Origin: Alphaproteobacteria bacterium
Lineage (GTDB): Bacteria > Pseudomonadota > Alphaproteobacteria > SP197
NCBI GenBank assembly: GCA_964291415.2
Contig: OZ219917.1
Span: 864,001-928,000 of the forward strand
Reading direction: 5' to 3'
DNA length: 64,000 bases
Each line of letters starts with the position of its first letter. The first letter of the stretch is position 1. Both the position numbers and the translations under genes were made by a program. This document shows positions 28,343-39,112 of the stretch, piece by piece. A model generated the notes under the pieces. That model saw only the letters and a list, made by a program, of their open reading frames with translations. It was not told the origin of the DNA and ran no database searches.

Positions 28343-28972
28343 ATGGCCGCAGAGCTTGTGTTCTACACGCATCCCATGTCACGAGGGCGAATCGTGCGCT
28401 GGATGCTGGAGGAAGTCGGTGTCGACTACACGACCGAAGTCGTCGAATACGGTCCGCCGATGAAGTCGCCCGAATACCTCGCGATCAATCCCATGGGAAA
28501 GATTCCGGCACTCAAGCACGGGCAGGCGGTGGTCACGGAAGCGGCGGCCATCTGCGCCTACCTTGCCGATGCCTTCCCCGAGGCCGGTCTGGCGCCTCCT
28601 CCGGGTGCGCGTGGTCCCTACTACCGCTGGCTCTTCTTCGGCGCCGGACCGCTCGAGGCGTCCACCACGAACCGGCATTTCGGGTTCGCGGTGCCTGAGG
28701 ACGGCGTCGGCATGATCGGTTACGGAACCTGGGAGCATGTCATGGACGTTCTGGAGGAGACCCTCGCCGGCGGCGGTCATGTTGCCGGCGGGGATTTCTC
28801 GGCGGCGGACATCTACATCGGCTGTCAGATCGGCTGGGGCATGCACTACGGAACCGTGGACAGGCGTCCAGCCTTCGAGGACTACTGGACGAGACTGAGT
28901 TCCCGGGAAGCCTACCACCGCGCCAATGCCATCGATGACGAGCTGATGGCCGACGTCAAGTCGCCCGTCTGA
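28343..28972 (+). CDS. Glutathione S-transferase
   Basis: [41 protein letters not shown]. Confidence 0.93.
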   Translation: MAAELVFYTHPMSRGRIVRWMLEEVGVDYTTEVVEYGPPMKSPEYLAINPMGKIPALKHGQAVVTEAAAICAYLADAFPEAGLAPPPGARGPYYRWLFFGAGPLEASTTNRHFGFAVPEDGVGMIGYGTWEHVMDVLEETLAGGGHVAGGDFSAADIYIGCQIGWGMHYGTVDRRPAFEDYWTRLSSREAYHRANAIDDELMADVKSPV

Positions 28973-28979
28973 ACCCGCC

Positions 28980-30086
28980 ATGATCGTCACCCGCCTGGAG
29001 ACGTTCACCAACCGCTGGGTCGGCTTCGTGAAGGTGACGACCGATACCGGCGACGATGGCTGGGGCCAGATGTCGACCTACAATGCCGACATCACGGCCA
29101 GCGTCTTCCACCGCCAGGTGGCGCCCCACGCCCTCGGGCATGACGCCCGCGACTTTGCCCCGCTCATCGACCTGATACCCCTGCGCGAGCACAAGTTTCC
29201 GGGATCCTATCTCAGGCGCGCCATGGCCGGTCTCGATACCGCGTTGTGGGATCTCGCCGGAAAGATCGAGGACAAGCCGGTCACTGCTTTGATTGGCGGC
29301 ACGCCGGGTCCCTTGCGTGCCTATGCAAGCTCGATGAAGCGCCAGATCGGGCCGCGTGACGAGGCCGACCGACTCTGTCGCCTGCGTGACGAAAAGGGGT
29401 TTGACGCCTTCAAGTTCCGGGTTGGCGCCGAATGCGGCCGCGACGTGGACGAGTGGCCCGGGCGCACGGAGGAGATTGTACCCGTCGTGTCACGGGCCCT
29501 TGGCGATGATGTGGCGCGCCTGGTCGATGCCAACTCAGGATTTTCGCCGGCGCGGGCCATCGAGGTCGGAACCATGCTGGAGGGGGAGGGCGTCTCCCAC
29601 TTCGAGGAGCCGTGCCCCTACTGGGAAATCGACGAGACGCGCGAGGTGACGAGGGCGCTGGCGATCGACGTCACGGGCGGGGAGCAGGACTGCAACCTTG
29701 CCCAGTGGCGGCGCATCATCGACACCCGGGCAGTCGATGTCGTGCAGCCTGATATCATGTACATGGGCGGACTGACGCGTACCCTCGAGGTGGCGGCCAT
29801 GGCAGCGTCGGCGGGGCTGCCCTGCACGCCGCACTGCGCCAACCTGAGCCTCGTGACCATCTGCACCATGCATCTTCTCCCGGCCATCGCCAATGCCGGC
29901 AAGTACCTGGAGTTCTCCATCGAGGGCGCCGACTACTATCCCTGGCAGCAGGATCTCTTTGTCGGAGATCCCTTCCGGATCGAGGATGGCAAGGTGAGTG
30001 TGCCCGATGCGCCGGGCTGGGGCGTCGACGTTCACCCGGACTGGCTGGCACAGGCCGAGCACAGGGAGAGTTCCCTGGAATCGTGA
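28980..30086 (+). CDS. Mandelate racemase / muconate lactonizing enzyme family
   Basis: [30 protein letters not shown]. Confidence 0.92.
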   Translation: MIVTRLETFTNRWVGFVKVTTDTGDDGWGQMSTYNADITASVFHRQVAPHALGHDARDFAPLIDLIPLREHKFPGSYLRRAMAGLDTALWDLAGKIEDKPVTALIGGTPGPLRAYASSMKRQIGPRDEADRLCRLRDEKGFDAFKFRVGAECGRDVDEWPGRTEEIVPVVSRALGDDVARLVDANSGFSPARAIEVGTMLEGEGVSHFEEPCPYWEIDETREVTRALAIDVTGGEQDCNLAQWRRIIDTRAVDVVQPDIMYMGGLTRTLEVAAMAASAGLPCTPHCANLSLVTICTMHLLPAIANAGKYLEFSIEGADYYPWQQDLFVGDPFRIEDGKVSVPDAPGWGVDVHPDWLAQAEHRESSLES

Positions 30087-30105
30087 CCTGCCCGGCTGAC
30101 GCCCG

Positions 30106-31086
30106 TCAGGGCTGTGTCGGCAGTTCGTCGACGAAGCGGTCGAAACCGGCGATGAAGGCCGCGAGGTCCTCACCGGCACGGCGTGGCGCCATCTTCTCCG
30201 GCGCACCGTGAATCTCGAGACCGGGCCAGGGTGCGACGACGGCATCCTCATCGGGAACGGCGAAGAAGCCGATGGAATAGCGCGCGCGGTCGCGCGGCGG
30301 ATGGATGCGGTGCAGGGTCGAGGCGAAGCGACCCCCGGACCAGATTTCCAGCTCGTCGCCAATGTTGACGACAAGGCGGTCTTCCCGGTGAGGAATGTCC
30401 AGCCACCTGCCGTCCGGGCTCTGGACCTGCAGCCCGCCGACCTCTCCCGGCAGGAGGACCGTGATCATGTTCGAATCCCTGTGGGGCAGCACATCGTCCG
30501 GTGGCAGTCCAATGGCCTCGGGTCGTGCCGGGTAGTGGAGCAGGGAAATGTTGGTGAGGTGCCGGTGAAAGGACCTGGTGAATGCGTTTTCTGCCAGGTC
30601 GAGCGCCATGGCAAAGGCCTCGAGCAGGCGATGCGTCACCGCCGTGACGTGATCGAAGTAGGCGATTATGGCGTCACGGAAGTCATCCGGGGTGTCGGGC
30701 CATATGTTGGAGGCGTAGAGCCGGGATCCGGGGCCCGTCCCGGGGTTGTTCACCACCTTTTCGTCACCGGCGAAGAAGGCCTCGTAGAGCGGCTTGGGAA
30801 CACGCGGGTCACGCTGTTCCCCGAACGGCATGACGGGGATGTATCCACGGTAGATGCCGGACGGCCGCAGGGACTTCAGCTTGGTTGCCGCATCCTGGGC
30901 AAAGAAGCGCCGGGTTGCGTCAACGGCGGTCTGCGTGACGTGGCGCGGAATGCCGTGGCCACTGACCGAGAGGAACCCGATTGCTTCGCAGCGCCGGCCG
31001 ATCTCGCCCGCCACCCGGCGCCTGGCGCCGGTGTCGTGCGACCACAGGGCAGACATGTCGATGGAAGGGATATCCGGGTCGTTCAT
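30106..31086 (-). CDS. Isopenicillin N synthase-like Fe/2OG oxygenase
   Basis: IPSIDMS, GFLSVSGHGI, YRGY, HRD, GGLQV, VNIGD, STLHRI, RYS. Start at ATG 31086. Confidence 0.9.
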   Translation of the reverse strand: MNDPDIPSIDMSALWSHDTGARRRVAGEIGRRCEAIGFLSVSGHGIPRHVTQTAVDATRRFFAQDAATKLKSLRPSGIYRGYIPVMPFGEQRDPRVPKPLYEAFFAGDEKVVNNPGTGPGSRLYASNIWPDTPDDFRDAIIAYFDHVTAVTHRLLEAFAMALDLAENAFTRSFHRHLTNISLLHYPARPEAIGLPPDDVLPHRDSNMITVLLPGEVGGLQVQSPDGRWLDIPHREDRLVVNIGDELEIWSGGRFASTLHRIHPPRDRARYSIGFFAVPDEDAVVAPWPGLEIHGAPEKMAPRRAGEDLAAFIAGFDRFVDELPTQP

Positions 31087-31180
31087 GGAAAGTGTCGAGG
31101 GTTGTGCGCCGGCAAGTATAGGTGGCCCATGCAGGTCATCAATGTCGACAGCCTGCCTGCCGGACCATAGGGTCATGCCC

Positions 31181-32521
31181 ATGAGAACGTGGATCAGGTC
31201 CCCGCTGGCGATTCTTGCCGACGACTGCGAGGGCGGTGTCGTCGTCGAGGACGAGAGGATCGTCGAGTGCCTGGCACGGGGCAGCACCCCTTCGCGCGCA
31301 TGTGACGATATCTTCGATGCCTCCCGGCACGTGGTCCTGCCGGGACTGGTCAATGCCCATCACCATTTCTACCAGACACTGACGCGCGCCTGGGCTCTCG
31401 ACCGTGGCCTCTTCGACTGGCTGCAGGCACTCTATCCCGTCTGGGCGCACCTTGATCCCCACCACCTCGAGCAGGCAGCCCGCCTGGCCCTGGCGGAGTT
31501 GCTGCTGTCGGGGACCACGACGGCGGCAGACCATCACTACGTCTTTCCTGACGGTCTCGCAGAGGCGATCGACATCGAAGCCGCAGCGGCGCAGTCCCTG
31601 GGCATGCGGGTAACGCTGACGCGGGGATCGATGAATCTCTCCGAAGAGGACGGAGGTCTGCCGCCTCGGAGGATTGTCGAGAACCGTGACGCCATTCTCG
31701 CCGACAGCGAACGGGTGATCGACACCCTGCACGACAGGTCTGAGGGAGCCTTCGTGCAGATTGCCCTGGCGCCCTGTTCTCCCTTCTCCGTCAGCCCCGG
31801 CATCATGCGCGAGACGGCAGAGCTCGCCGAGGAAAAGGGGGTCCGCCTCCACACACACCTTGGCGAGACCCTGGACGAAGACCGGTTTTGCGAAGAGACC
31901 TTCGGGTGCCGTCCGCTCGACCATGTCGAAGACCTGGGCTGGCTCACCGCACGGGCGTGGTTTGCCCACGGCATCCATTTCACCGATGACGAGATCTCCA
32001 GGGTGGGCAGGGCCGGCTCCGGCATCGCCCACTGCCCGGGATCCAACATGGTCCTGGGGTCGGGGCTGTGCCGCGCCCCTGAACTCGAGGAGGCCGGGTC
32101 TCCCGTCGGCATCGGTGTCGACGGCTCGGCATCCCAGGATGCGTCAAACATGATTCAGGAGGTGCGCCTGGCGTTGCAGGTCGAACGCCTGCGCTATGGA
32201 GCCTCGAGGGTCAGCCACCAGGATGTGCTGCGCTGGGCAACGCGAGGCTCCGCCGCATGCCTGGGACGCGACGACATTGGCCGGATCGAGGCGGGGCGCC
32301 AGGCCGACCTGGCGCTCTTCACGCTGGACGAGCCACGGTTCTCCGGGGCCCACGATCCGCTGGCCGCCCTGGTGCTGTGCGGCGCCCACAGGGCCGACCG
32401 GGTCATGGTGGCCGGAAGGTGGCGGGTCATCGACGGCGCCATCGTTGGTCTCGATCTCGAACGCCTGATGGCGCAGCACAACGAGGCGGCCCGCTCGCTC
32501 CTCTGCGCGGCCGATCTCTGA
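31181..32521 (+). CDS. 8-oxoguanine deaminase family amidohydrolase
   Basis: NAHHHFYQTLTRA, PCSPFS, HTHLGET, AHGIHF, GVDGSAS. Confidence 0.85.
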   Translation: MRTWIRSPLAILADDCEGGVVVEDERIVECLARGSTPSRACDDIFDASRHVVLPGLVNAHHHFYQTLTRAWALDRGLFDWLQALYPVWAHLDPHHLEQAARLALAELLLSGTTTAADHHYVFPDGLAEAIDIEAAAAQSLGMRVTLTRGSMNLSEEDGGLPPRRIVENRDAILADSERVIDTLHDRSEGAFVQIALAPCSPFSVSPGIMRETAELAEEKGVRLHTHLGETLDEDRFCEETFGCRPLDHVEDLGWLTARAWFAHGIHFTDDEISRVGRAGSGIAHCPGSNMVLGSGLCRAPELEEAGSPVGIGVDGSASQDASNMIQEVRLALQVERLRYGASRVSHQDVLRWATRGSAACLGRDDIGRIEAGRQADLALFTLDEPRFSGAHDPLAALVLCGAHRADRVMVAGRWRVIDGAIVGLDLERLMAQHNEAARSLLCAADL

Positions 32522-32528
32522 AGTCACG

Positions 32529-33401
32529 TCACGTCCGGTTGGCGGCGTTGCCTCCGGTCCACCGGCGGTCTGCTTCCGCCACGCCGGAAAAGTAGGCGCC
32601 GGCGCGTTCGCCGGTCACCTTGCGCCACAGGGCGACCGAATCCGGCGAGGCGTCCGCGCGGGGCCTTGGAACCGGCGTGTAGTGACCGAAGGCGTCCTCT
32701 CCGCAGACGAGTTGCGCATAGTCGCGTTCGATGACCACCGGACGCATGGCCGGCGTCGCGAATCGCACCACCAGGCCGACGCGCCGTTCCGCCGAACGAT
32801 TGGGCTCGGACGCATGCATGGTGAGGCCGTGGTGAACGGACATCTCGCCGGCCCTGAGTTCGCCGAGCCTCGTTTCGCTCTCGTCGATCTGCCACCTCAC
32901 GTTCTGACCCCGGGTCAGCAGGTTGTCGGTTTCGAAGGTGTCGTCGTGGTCGACGAGACCGGCCCGGTGTGATCCCGGAAGGAAGCGCATGCACCCCATG
33001 GCGCCGGTGGCGTCGGTGAGAGCGATCCACGCGGTGACGGCGTCGTGGGAATCGACCCCCCAATAGCGAAGATCCTGGTGCCAGCTGACGTATCCCTGCG
33101 AATGGGCTTCCTTGATGAAGACATCGCTGTCCCAGACGATGAGATCGTCGCCGAGCAGTTGACGCACGACGTCGAGAACGCGTGGATGACGCACCATGTC
33201 GTCGACTGCGCGCATGACGAGGTGACTTCCCGTGCGGAACATCTCGGCCACCGGCAGATGTCCGGCATGGATCCGGGCGAACGCATCGACTTGCTCAAGC
33301 ACAGCGGCAGCGGCGTCCTCCTCGAAGACCCTCACACCGGCGATGAAGCCGTCACGCCGGAAGGCGTCGGCAATCGCCGAACCTCCGGCGTCATCCATCA
33401 C
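32529..33401 (-). CDS. Phytanoyl-CoA dioxygenase (PhyH) family
   Basis: VSWHQDLRYWG, PGSH, NLLTRGQ, HHGLTMHAS.N. Confidence 0.9.
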   Translation of the reverse strand: MMDDAGGSAIADAFRRDGFIAGVRVFEEDAAAAVLEQVDAFARIHAGHLPVAEMFRTGSHLVMRAVDDMVRHPRVLDVVRQLLGDDLIVWDSDVFIKEAHSQGYVSWHQDLRYWGVDSHDAVTAWIALTDATGAMGCMRFLPGSHRAGLVDHDDTFETDNLLTRGQNVRWQIDESETRLGELRAGEMSVHHGLTMHASEPNRSAERRVGLVVRFATPAMRPVVIERDYAQLVCGEDAFGHYTPVPRPRADASPDSVALWRKVTGERAGAYFSGVAEADRRWTGGNAANRT

Positions 33402-33404
33402 GCG

Positions 33405-34949
33405 TCAAGGCCGACGCTTCATCTCGTACCAGAACACGATCGCCGAGTAGGGCGGCACCGGTACCAGACCCTCGATGTCGCTGCCGTGGGCAATGATGAG
33501 CGGCGCATCCATGGCGAAGATCGACACCGCTTCCTCGTGCAGGATGCGCTGTGCCTCCACCCAGGTCGCACCGGCGGCGTCGGCGTCCGTGGCTTCCTGC
33601 CCCCAGGCTTCGAACACGAGGCTGTCGAACTCGGGGTTGTTGTAGCCGATGGCCGGGAACCAGCCATAGGGCGAACTGGTGAAGATGATGAGCCAGGCGT
33701 AGGGCGACGGCACGTCACCGGACGCAGCCACCACGAAGACGTCGTAGTCCTCGTTATCGGGGTTGAAGGCACTGTCCCAGAAGGCGCCGCCGGACAGCTG
33801 GCGAATGTTGAGGGTCACCCCGACTTCGGCCAGGGCGGACTGCCACAGGCGCACCGCCTCCGCCACTTCCTTGGAACCGGCCGAGACCGCGAGATCAAGC
33901 TCGAATCCGTCACCGAAACCGGCCTCGGCGAGCATGGCGCCGGCGGCATCGAGATCCTGGTTCCAGGAAGGGAAGTCGGCAGGGGGCGTCCACAGCGCCG
34001 TCGGACCGGAGCCGGCGCTGACGCGGCCGTGACCGAGAAACACCCCCTTGTGGACATCGTCATAGGGAAAGGTCATCGCCAGTGCCCGGCGCACGGCCCG
34101 GTCGTCAAGCGGCGGATTGCTGTGATCGAAGGCGAAGATGAGCTGAGCCAGTGGCAGATAGGGCAGGACCACGAGATCGTCCACACCCTCGAGACTGGCC
34201 ATCGAATCGAAGGGAAGATGGGTCGTCAGGTCGACCTCGCCGGAACGAATGAGCTGGTCGCGCACGGTCGGGTCCTCGACGATCAGGTAGACGACCTTGG
34301 TGAACTGGCCCTCTTCCCAGCCTCCCCAGTAGTCGGGATAGCGATCGAGAACGGCACGGGTTCCGGGTTCGAAGCCGGCAACCACATAGGGACCGGTGCC
34401 GGCGTCGTTGCCTTCGGCCCACCACTCGGGCGGCTGGTCCACGGCTTCTGCCTTGTAGATGAACATGCCGTACTGCGCCGACACGATGAGCGGCACGTTG
34501 CGCGGTTCGCTGGCGATGAAGCGCACCGTCATGTCGTCAACCACCTCGATCGACTCGATGCCGATGAAGTCGTAGGCGACCATGCCGACCGCGATGTTGC
34601 GATCGAGTGATGCCTTCACGTCGGTGGCCGTGAAGGGTGATCCGTCGTGGAATGTGACACCCTCGCGCAGGGTGAACGTCCATTCGGTTCCTTCGGCATT
34701 GGACTCCCAGGACGTGGCCAGCACTCCGACGAGTCCCTCGTCCTCGGTCCAGCGGGTAAGTGTCTCGTACACGTTGAAGCCGAGCGTCGTATCCCAGCTC
34801 AACATGTAGGGTGGATCGAGCGAGGGCAGTTCACCGGGAATCGCCTGGAAGGCAATGTTCTCGGTGATGTCCTGGGCCTGAAGCGGCCCCACACCGACAG
34901 ACAGCGCGGTGACGGCGGCGATGACCGATCCGCGGACATACCTGTTCAT
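33405..34949 (-). CDS. ABC transporter solute-binding protein, family 5 (peptide/nickel type)
   Basis: Signal peptide, SLDP, LATSWE..WTFTLREGVTFHDG, GTGPY. Start at ATG 34949. Confidence 0.92.
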   Translation of the reverse strand: MNRYVRGSVIAAVTALSVGVGPLQAQDITENIAFQAIPGELPSLDPPYMLSWDTTLGFNVYETLTRWTEDEGLVGVLATSWESNAEGTEWTFTLREGVTFHDGSPFTATDVKASLDRNIAVGMVAYDFIGIESIEVVDDMTVRFIASEPRNVPLIVSAQYGMFIYKAEAVDQPPEWWAEGNDAGTGPYVVAGFEPGTRAVLDRYPDYWGGWEEGQFTKVVYLIVEDPTVRDQLIRSGEVDLTTHLPFDSMASLEGVDDLVVLPYLPLAQLIFAFDHSNPPLDDRAVRRALAMTFPYDDVHKGVFLGHGRVSAGSGPTALWTPPADFPSWNQDLDAAGAMLAEAGFGDGFELDLAVSAGSKEVAEAVRLWQSALAEVGVTLNIRQLSGGAFWDSAFNPDNEDYDVFVVAASGDVPSPYAWLIIFTSSPYGWFPAIGYNNPEFDSLVFEAWGQEATDADAAGATWVEAQRILHEEAVSIFAMDAPLIIAHGSDIEGLVPVPPYSAIVFWYEMKRRP

Positions 34950-35147
34950 GACCCTCTTCCTCCCCATTGCATCGACAGATGTACGGATCGAAGTGTGCAC
35001 CGTGTCGATCATGGTCTCAACCGCCTCTGCTGTCGTGTGATCGTGCTGCCCGCCCGTGCCGGGATTTTGTTGGTCAAATGCAGTCCGCCACCGCACAATC
35101 GTTGACGTCATGAAGGGTGTTTGCGCGTTGATCGAGACAATGCGGCC

Positions 35148-36185
35148 ATGAGCGGGGTTCGATACCTCCTGCGGCGGCTGGTTCTGGCACTCTTCGTGAT
35201 GCTCGGAGCGTTGACGGTCACGTTCGCCATTTCCCATGTCATTCCGGGCGATCCCGCACGCCTCTATCTGGGTGCGCGCGCCAGTGACGAAGCAATTGCC
35301 GCCGTGCGCGCCGACCTTGGTCTCGACGATCCCCTCCCCGTGCAGTTCGTTCGGTTCGTTTCCAACGCGGTCCAGGGAGAGTTCGGCTACTCCTATCGCA
35401 CCAAGCGGCCGATCGTCGAGGACCTGGCCGAACGACTGCCCGCCACCATGGAACTCGTGGTGCTCGCCACGTTCCTGGCGATCGCTGTCGGTGTTCCCGC
35501 CGGCGTCCTTGCGGCTGCGCGCTTCGCTACCGGATTCGACCGCGTGATGCGGGTGGTGTCCATTCTCGGCGTGTCCATGCCTGCCTTCTGGCTCGCCCTG
35601 CTGTTGCAACTCCTCTTCTTCCTGTGGCTCGACCTGCTGCCGCTCGGCGGACGTCTGAGCCAGACCACCAGCTTCCTCCATCCGGTGACGACCCTGACCG
35701 GCTTCCATCTCGTCGATGCCGCACTTACCGGGAACTGGGTGGCATGGAGAGATGCGCTGGCCCACGCGATCCTGCCGGTGGTGGTGCTGGCGACATTTCC
35801 GGTCAGCCTGGCCCTGCGCATGACCCGGGCGTCGATGCTCGATGTGCTTGCCGAAACCCACATCGCCGCCGCCCGCGCGGCGGGACTGCACGAACGCGAG
35901 ATCCTGTTCCGCCTGGCGTTGAAGAACGCCATCGTGCCCACGCTGACCGTTCTGGGACTGGTGTTCGCCTTCTCGATCACCGGTGCCGTCCTCATCGAGA
36001 GCATCTTCAAGTGGCCGGGCCTCGGGAGCTACATGCTCGATGCCATTCTCAACGACGACATTCCGGTGCTGTTTGCCGTCACCCTGGTCGTCACCGTGAT
36101 CTACATCGTCGTCAATCTCCTAGTGGACCTGCTGCAGGCGGTGCTTGATCCACGAATCCGGCTCGGTGAGAGCAGTGTCGGCTGA
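35148..36185 (+). CDS. Peptide ABC permease (DppB-like)
   Basis: PGDPA, RLPATMEL, AARAAGL, FKWPGLG, DPRIR. Confidence 0.92.
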   Translation: MSGVRYLLRRLVLALFVMLGALTVTFAISHVIPGDPARLYLGARASDEAIAAVRADLGLDDPLPVQFVRFVSNAVQGEFGYSYRTKRPIVEDLAERLPATMELVVLATFLAIAVGVPAGVLAAARFATGFDRVMRVVSILGVSMPAFWLALLLQLLFFLWLDLLPLGGRLSQTTSFLHPVTTLTGFHLVDAALTGNWVAWRDALAHAILPVVVLATFPVSLALRMTRASMLDVLAETHIAAARAAGLHEREILFRLALKNAIVPTLTVLGLVFAFSITGAVLIESIFKWPGLGSYMLDAILNDDIPVLFAVTLVVTVIYIVVNLLVDLLQAVLDPRIRLGESSVG

Positions 36186-37095
36186 AAGGCCAGTTTCGGG
36201 AGCGGCAGCGACGTTGCTGACAGCCCTCGTCAACCCGCCTGCGGGATCGGCACGCCGGCACGTTCTCGGCGACCGCCTGGCCGCGGGCGCCCTTGTGGCC
36301 CTTGTGGTCATTGTCCTGCTGGCCGTTGCGGCACCCCTCGTCACGCCCCACGCCGATCAGGGGCGCGGGACGACGAACATCGAGGACAAGCTCCTTGAGC
36401 CTTCACTGGCTCACCCCTTCGGCACCGATGCGCTTGGCCGCGACGTTCTGGCCCGTGTCCTTTTCGGGGCGCGTACGGCACTCGTTTCGGGCCTTGCCAT
36501 CGTCCTCATCGGGGTCGTGGCGGGAACACTGCTCGGGGCCACGGCAGGCTATGTCGGTGGCTGGCTCGACGAGGCGATCATGCGCGTCACCGACGTGTTC
36601 CTCGCATTTCCGCCCCTGCTGCTGGCCATGACCGTCGCCGTGGTCCTGCAGCCCAGCCTGGAGAATGCGATCCTGGCCATCGCGCTCACCTGGTGGCCGT
36701 GGTACGCGCGCATTGCGCGGGGGCAGGCGATTTCGCTGCGAGAACGGCACTATGTCAGGGCGGCGCGTGGCATCGGTGTCAGTCACCCGGTGGTGGTGCT
36801 GCGCCATGTCCTGCCCAATGTCATGACTCCGGTATGGGTCCAGGCGACACTGGATCTCGGCGCCGCGATCCTGACCGTGAGTGCGCTGGGCTTCGTCGGA
36901 TTGGGTGTGCCGCAGCCGACAGCCGACTGGGGGGCGATGATCTCGGAGGGACGGATCTATGTGCAGACTGGCCACTGGTGGGTTCCGACATTTCCCGGCG
37001 TGGCGCTCTTCGTGACCATCATGGCGTTCAATCTCGCGGGCGATGCGGTGCACATGGCGACCAGCCCGCGTGGTCGCGCCATGCAGCAAACATGA
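36175..37095 (+). CDS. Peptide ABC permease (DppC-like)
   Basis: HPFGTDALGRDV, RHVLPN, WGAMI, FNLAGD. GTG start inferred. Confidence 0.9.
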   Translation: MSAERPVSGAAATLLTALVNPPAGSARRHVLGDRLAAGALVALVVIVLLAVAAPLVTPHADQGRGTTNIEDKLLEPSLAHPFGTDALGRDVLARVLFGARTALVSGLAIVLIGVVAGTLLGATAGYVGGWLDEAIMRVTDVFLAFPPLLLAMTVAVVLQPSLENAILAIALTWWPWYARIARGQAISLRERHYVRAARGIGVSHPVVVLRHVLPNVMTPVWVQATLDLGAAILTVSALGFVGLGVPQPTADWGAMISEGRIYVQTGHWWVPTFPGVALFVTIMAFNLAGDAVHMATSPRGRAMQQT

Positions 37096-38063
37096 ACGCA
37101 CCGCTCCTTTCCGTCACTGGTCTCAAAGTCGGGTTTCCAGGCCCCGGGGGGCGCCGCCTGGTGTTGCGCGGAATCGATTTCAAGGTCGAGGAAGGCACGG
37201 CTTACGGCATCGTCGGCGAGTCGGGGTGCGGAAAGTCGATGACGGCCCACGCCATCCTTGGCCTGGTGCCGCCGCCAGGATCGATTGCCGGTGGCACAAT
37301 CGCCTATCGGGGCCGGGACCTGGTATCCGGGGGACCCGATGCCTGGGCCGGACTGCGTGGCCGGCATATCGCCATGGTCCATCAGGATCCGACCGCCGCT
37401 CTCAATCCCCTGTTTACGATCGGCAGCCAGATCAAGGCGATCATGCAACGACACGGAAGGGCCCGGGCCCGGGAGGCACGGGAGCGTGCCGTGTCCCTGC
37501 TTGGCGAACTCGAACTGGCCGATCCCGCCGCCCTTCTTGATCGCTATCCTCACGAACTCTCCGGCGGCATGCAGCAGCGGGTCCTTCTCGCCATGGCCCT
37601 GGCCGGCGATCCCGACCTGGTGATCGCCGACGAGGCTACGACGGCCCTTGATGTCACCATCCAGGCTCAGGTTCTCGCCCTGCTCGACCGGTTGCGCAGG
37701 AAGCGCGGCCTGACCTTGATCATCATCACGCATGATCTCGGCGTCGTGGCGCAGACCTGTGACCGGGTGGCGGTGTTGTATCTCGGACGGATCGTCGAGG
37801 AGGGAGATCCCGAAGATATCTTCCTTGCGCCGCATCACCCCTACACGAGGGGACTCCTCAAGGCACGGCCTGGCGAACAGACGCAGCGCACGCCGCTTGC
37901 CGTGATTCCAGGCTCCGTACCCGCTGACGCCGAGAACATCGAGGGATGCACCTTCCGCGAGCGGTGCGCCTTCGCCATGGCCTGCTGCCGTCTCGAGGAT
38001 CCTGCGGTGCGGCGCCTCTCGGATCGTCATCGCAGCGCCTGCCATCTCGAGGTCGGTCGATGA
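37092..38063 (+). CDS. Peptide ABC ATPase (DppD-like)
   Basis: [31 protein letters not shown]-terminal Cys motif. Confidence 0.93.
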   Translation: MNAPLLSVTGLKVGFPGPGGRRLVLRGIDFKVEEGTAYGIVGESGCGKSMTAHAILGLVPPPGSIAGGTIAYRGRDLVSGGPDAWAGLRGRHIAMVHQDPTAALNPLFTIGSQIKAIMQRHGRARAREARERAVSLLGELELADPAALLDRYPHELSGGMQQRVLLAMALAGDPDLVIADEATTALDVTIQAQVLALLDRLRRKRGLTLIIITHDLGVVAQTCDRVAVLYLGRIVEEGDPEDIFLAPHHPYTRGLLKARPGEQTQRTPLAVIPGSVPADAENIEGCTFRERCAFAMACCRLEDPAVRRLSDRHRSACHLEVGR

Positions 38064-39040
38064 CGGCGAAACACGACGTCCTGCTCGACGTCAGGAACCT
38101 CGCGGTCGACTACCGCACGGGAACCGGCCTCTTCGGCCGGCGGCGCGGACATGTGCGGGTTCTCGAGAACATCAGCCTGCGGCTCCGACAAGGCGAAACC
38201 CTGGGCGTCGTCGGAGAATCAGGGTGTGGCAAGTCGACCCTTGCCATGGCGCTGGCGAGGTTCGTGATCGCCAGCCACGGCGACATCCTGTTTGACGGGC
38301 GCGACGTGCTTCGGCTTGACGCTGCTGGCCTCAAGGCGTGGCGCCGGGACATGCAGCTCGTGTTCCAGAATCCCCTGGCCTCCCTCAACCCACGCATGAC
38401 CGTTCGCGCCATCGTCAGTGAACCCCTTGTGACACACACCAGGCTTGACCATGGCGAACGCCGCAGACGGATCGAGGCTCTTCTTGGCGAAACCGGTCTC
38501 GATCCGTCATTCCTCACCCGATACCCCCACGAACTCAGCGGTGGCCAGGCCCAGCGGGTGGTGCTGGCGCGAGCCCTTGCCCTCAATCCGCGGCTGCTGG
38601 TGCTCGACGAACCGACATCCGCCCTCGACGTTTCCGTCCAGGCGCAGATTCTCAATCTCCTCATGCGCCTGCAGGACCAGCACAACCTGACCTACATGCT
38701 GATTTCCCACAGTCTCGGCGTTGTCGAGCATGTCAGTGACCGCATCGTCGTTCTCTATCTTGGCGAGATTGTCGAGGAAGGACCGCGAGACGAGATCTTC
38801 AGGCAGCCGCGCCACCCCTATACCCAGGCGCTGATGGCGGCGACACCCGTTGTCGATCCTTCGAAGAGGCAGACTCATCGGCCGCTGTCGGGGATGATCC
38901 CCGGTCCGGCATCGCGGCCCGAGGGTTGCCGGTTCCACACCCGGTGCCCCCGCGCCTGGTCCCTGTGTCACGACTCCAGGCCACGCCCGCAGCGCGTTGG
39001 CGACGGCCATGTGGCCTCGTGCCACCTTCTGACGTCATGA
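38060..39040 (+). CDS. Peptide ABC ATPase (DppF-like)
   Basis: [35 protein letters not shown]. Confidence 0.93.
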   Translation: MTAKHDVLLDVRNLAVDYRTGTGLFGRRRGHVRVLENISLRLRQGETLGVVGESGCGKSTLAMALARFVIASHGDILFDGRDVLRLDAAGLKAWRRDMQLVFQNPLASLNPRMTVRAIVSEPLVTHTRLDHGERRRRIEALLGETGLDPSFLTRYPHELSGGQAQRVVLARALALNPRLLVLDEPTSALDVSVQAQILNLLMRLQDQHNLTYMLISHSLGVVEHVSDRIVVLYLGEIVEEGPRDEIFRQPRHPYTQALMAATPVVDPSKRQTHRPLSGMIPGPASRPEGCRFHTRCPRAWSLCHDSRPRPQRVGDGHVASCHLLTS

Positions 39041-39112
39041 AACCCATGCCGACTGTCGCTTTGCGGGCGGTCTTCCGGATAGACTCGGCCATGCCGGGCT
39101 GAGGAGAGACAC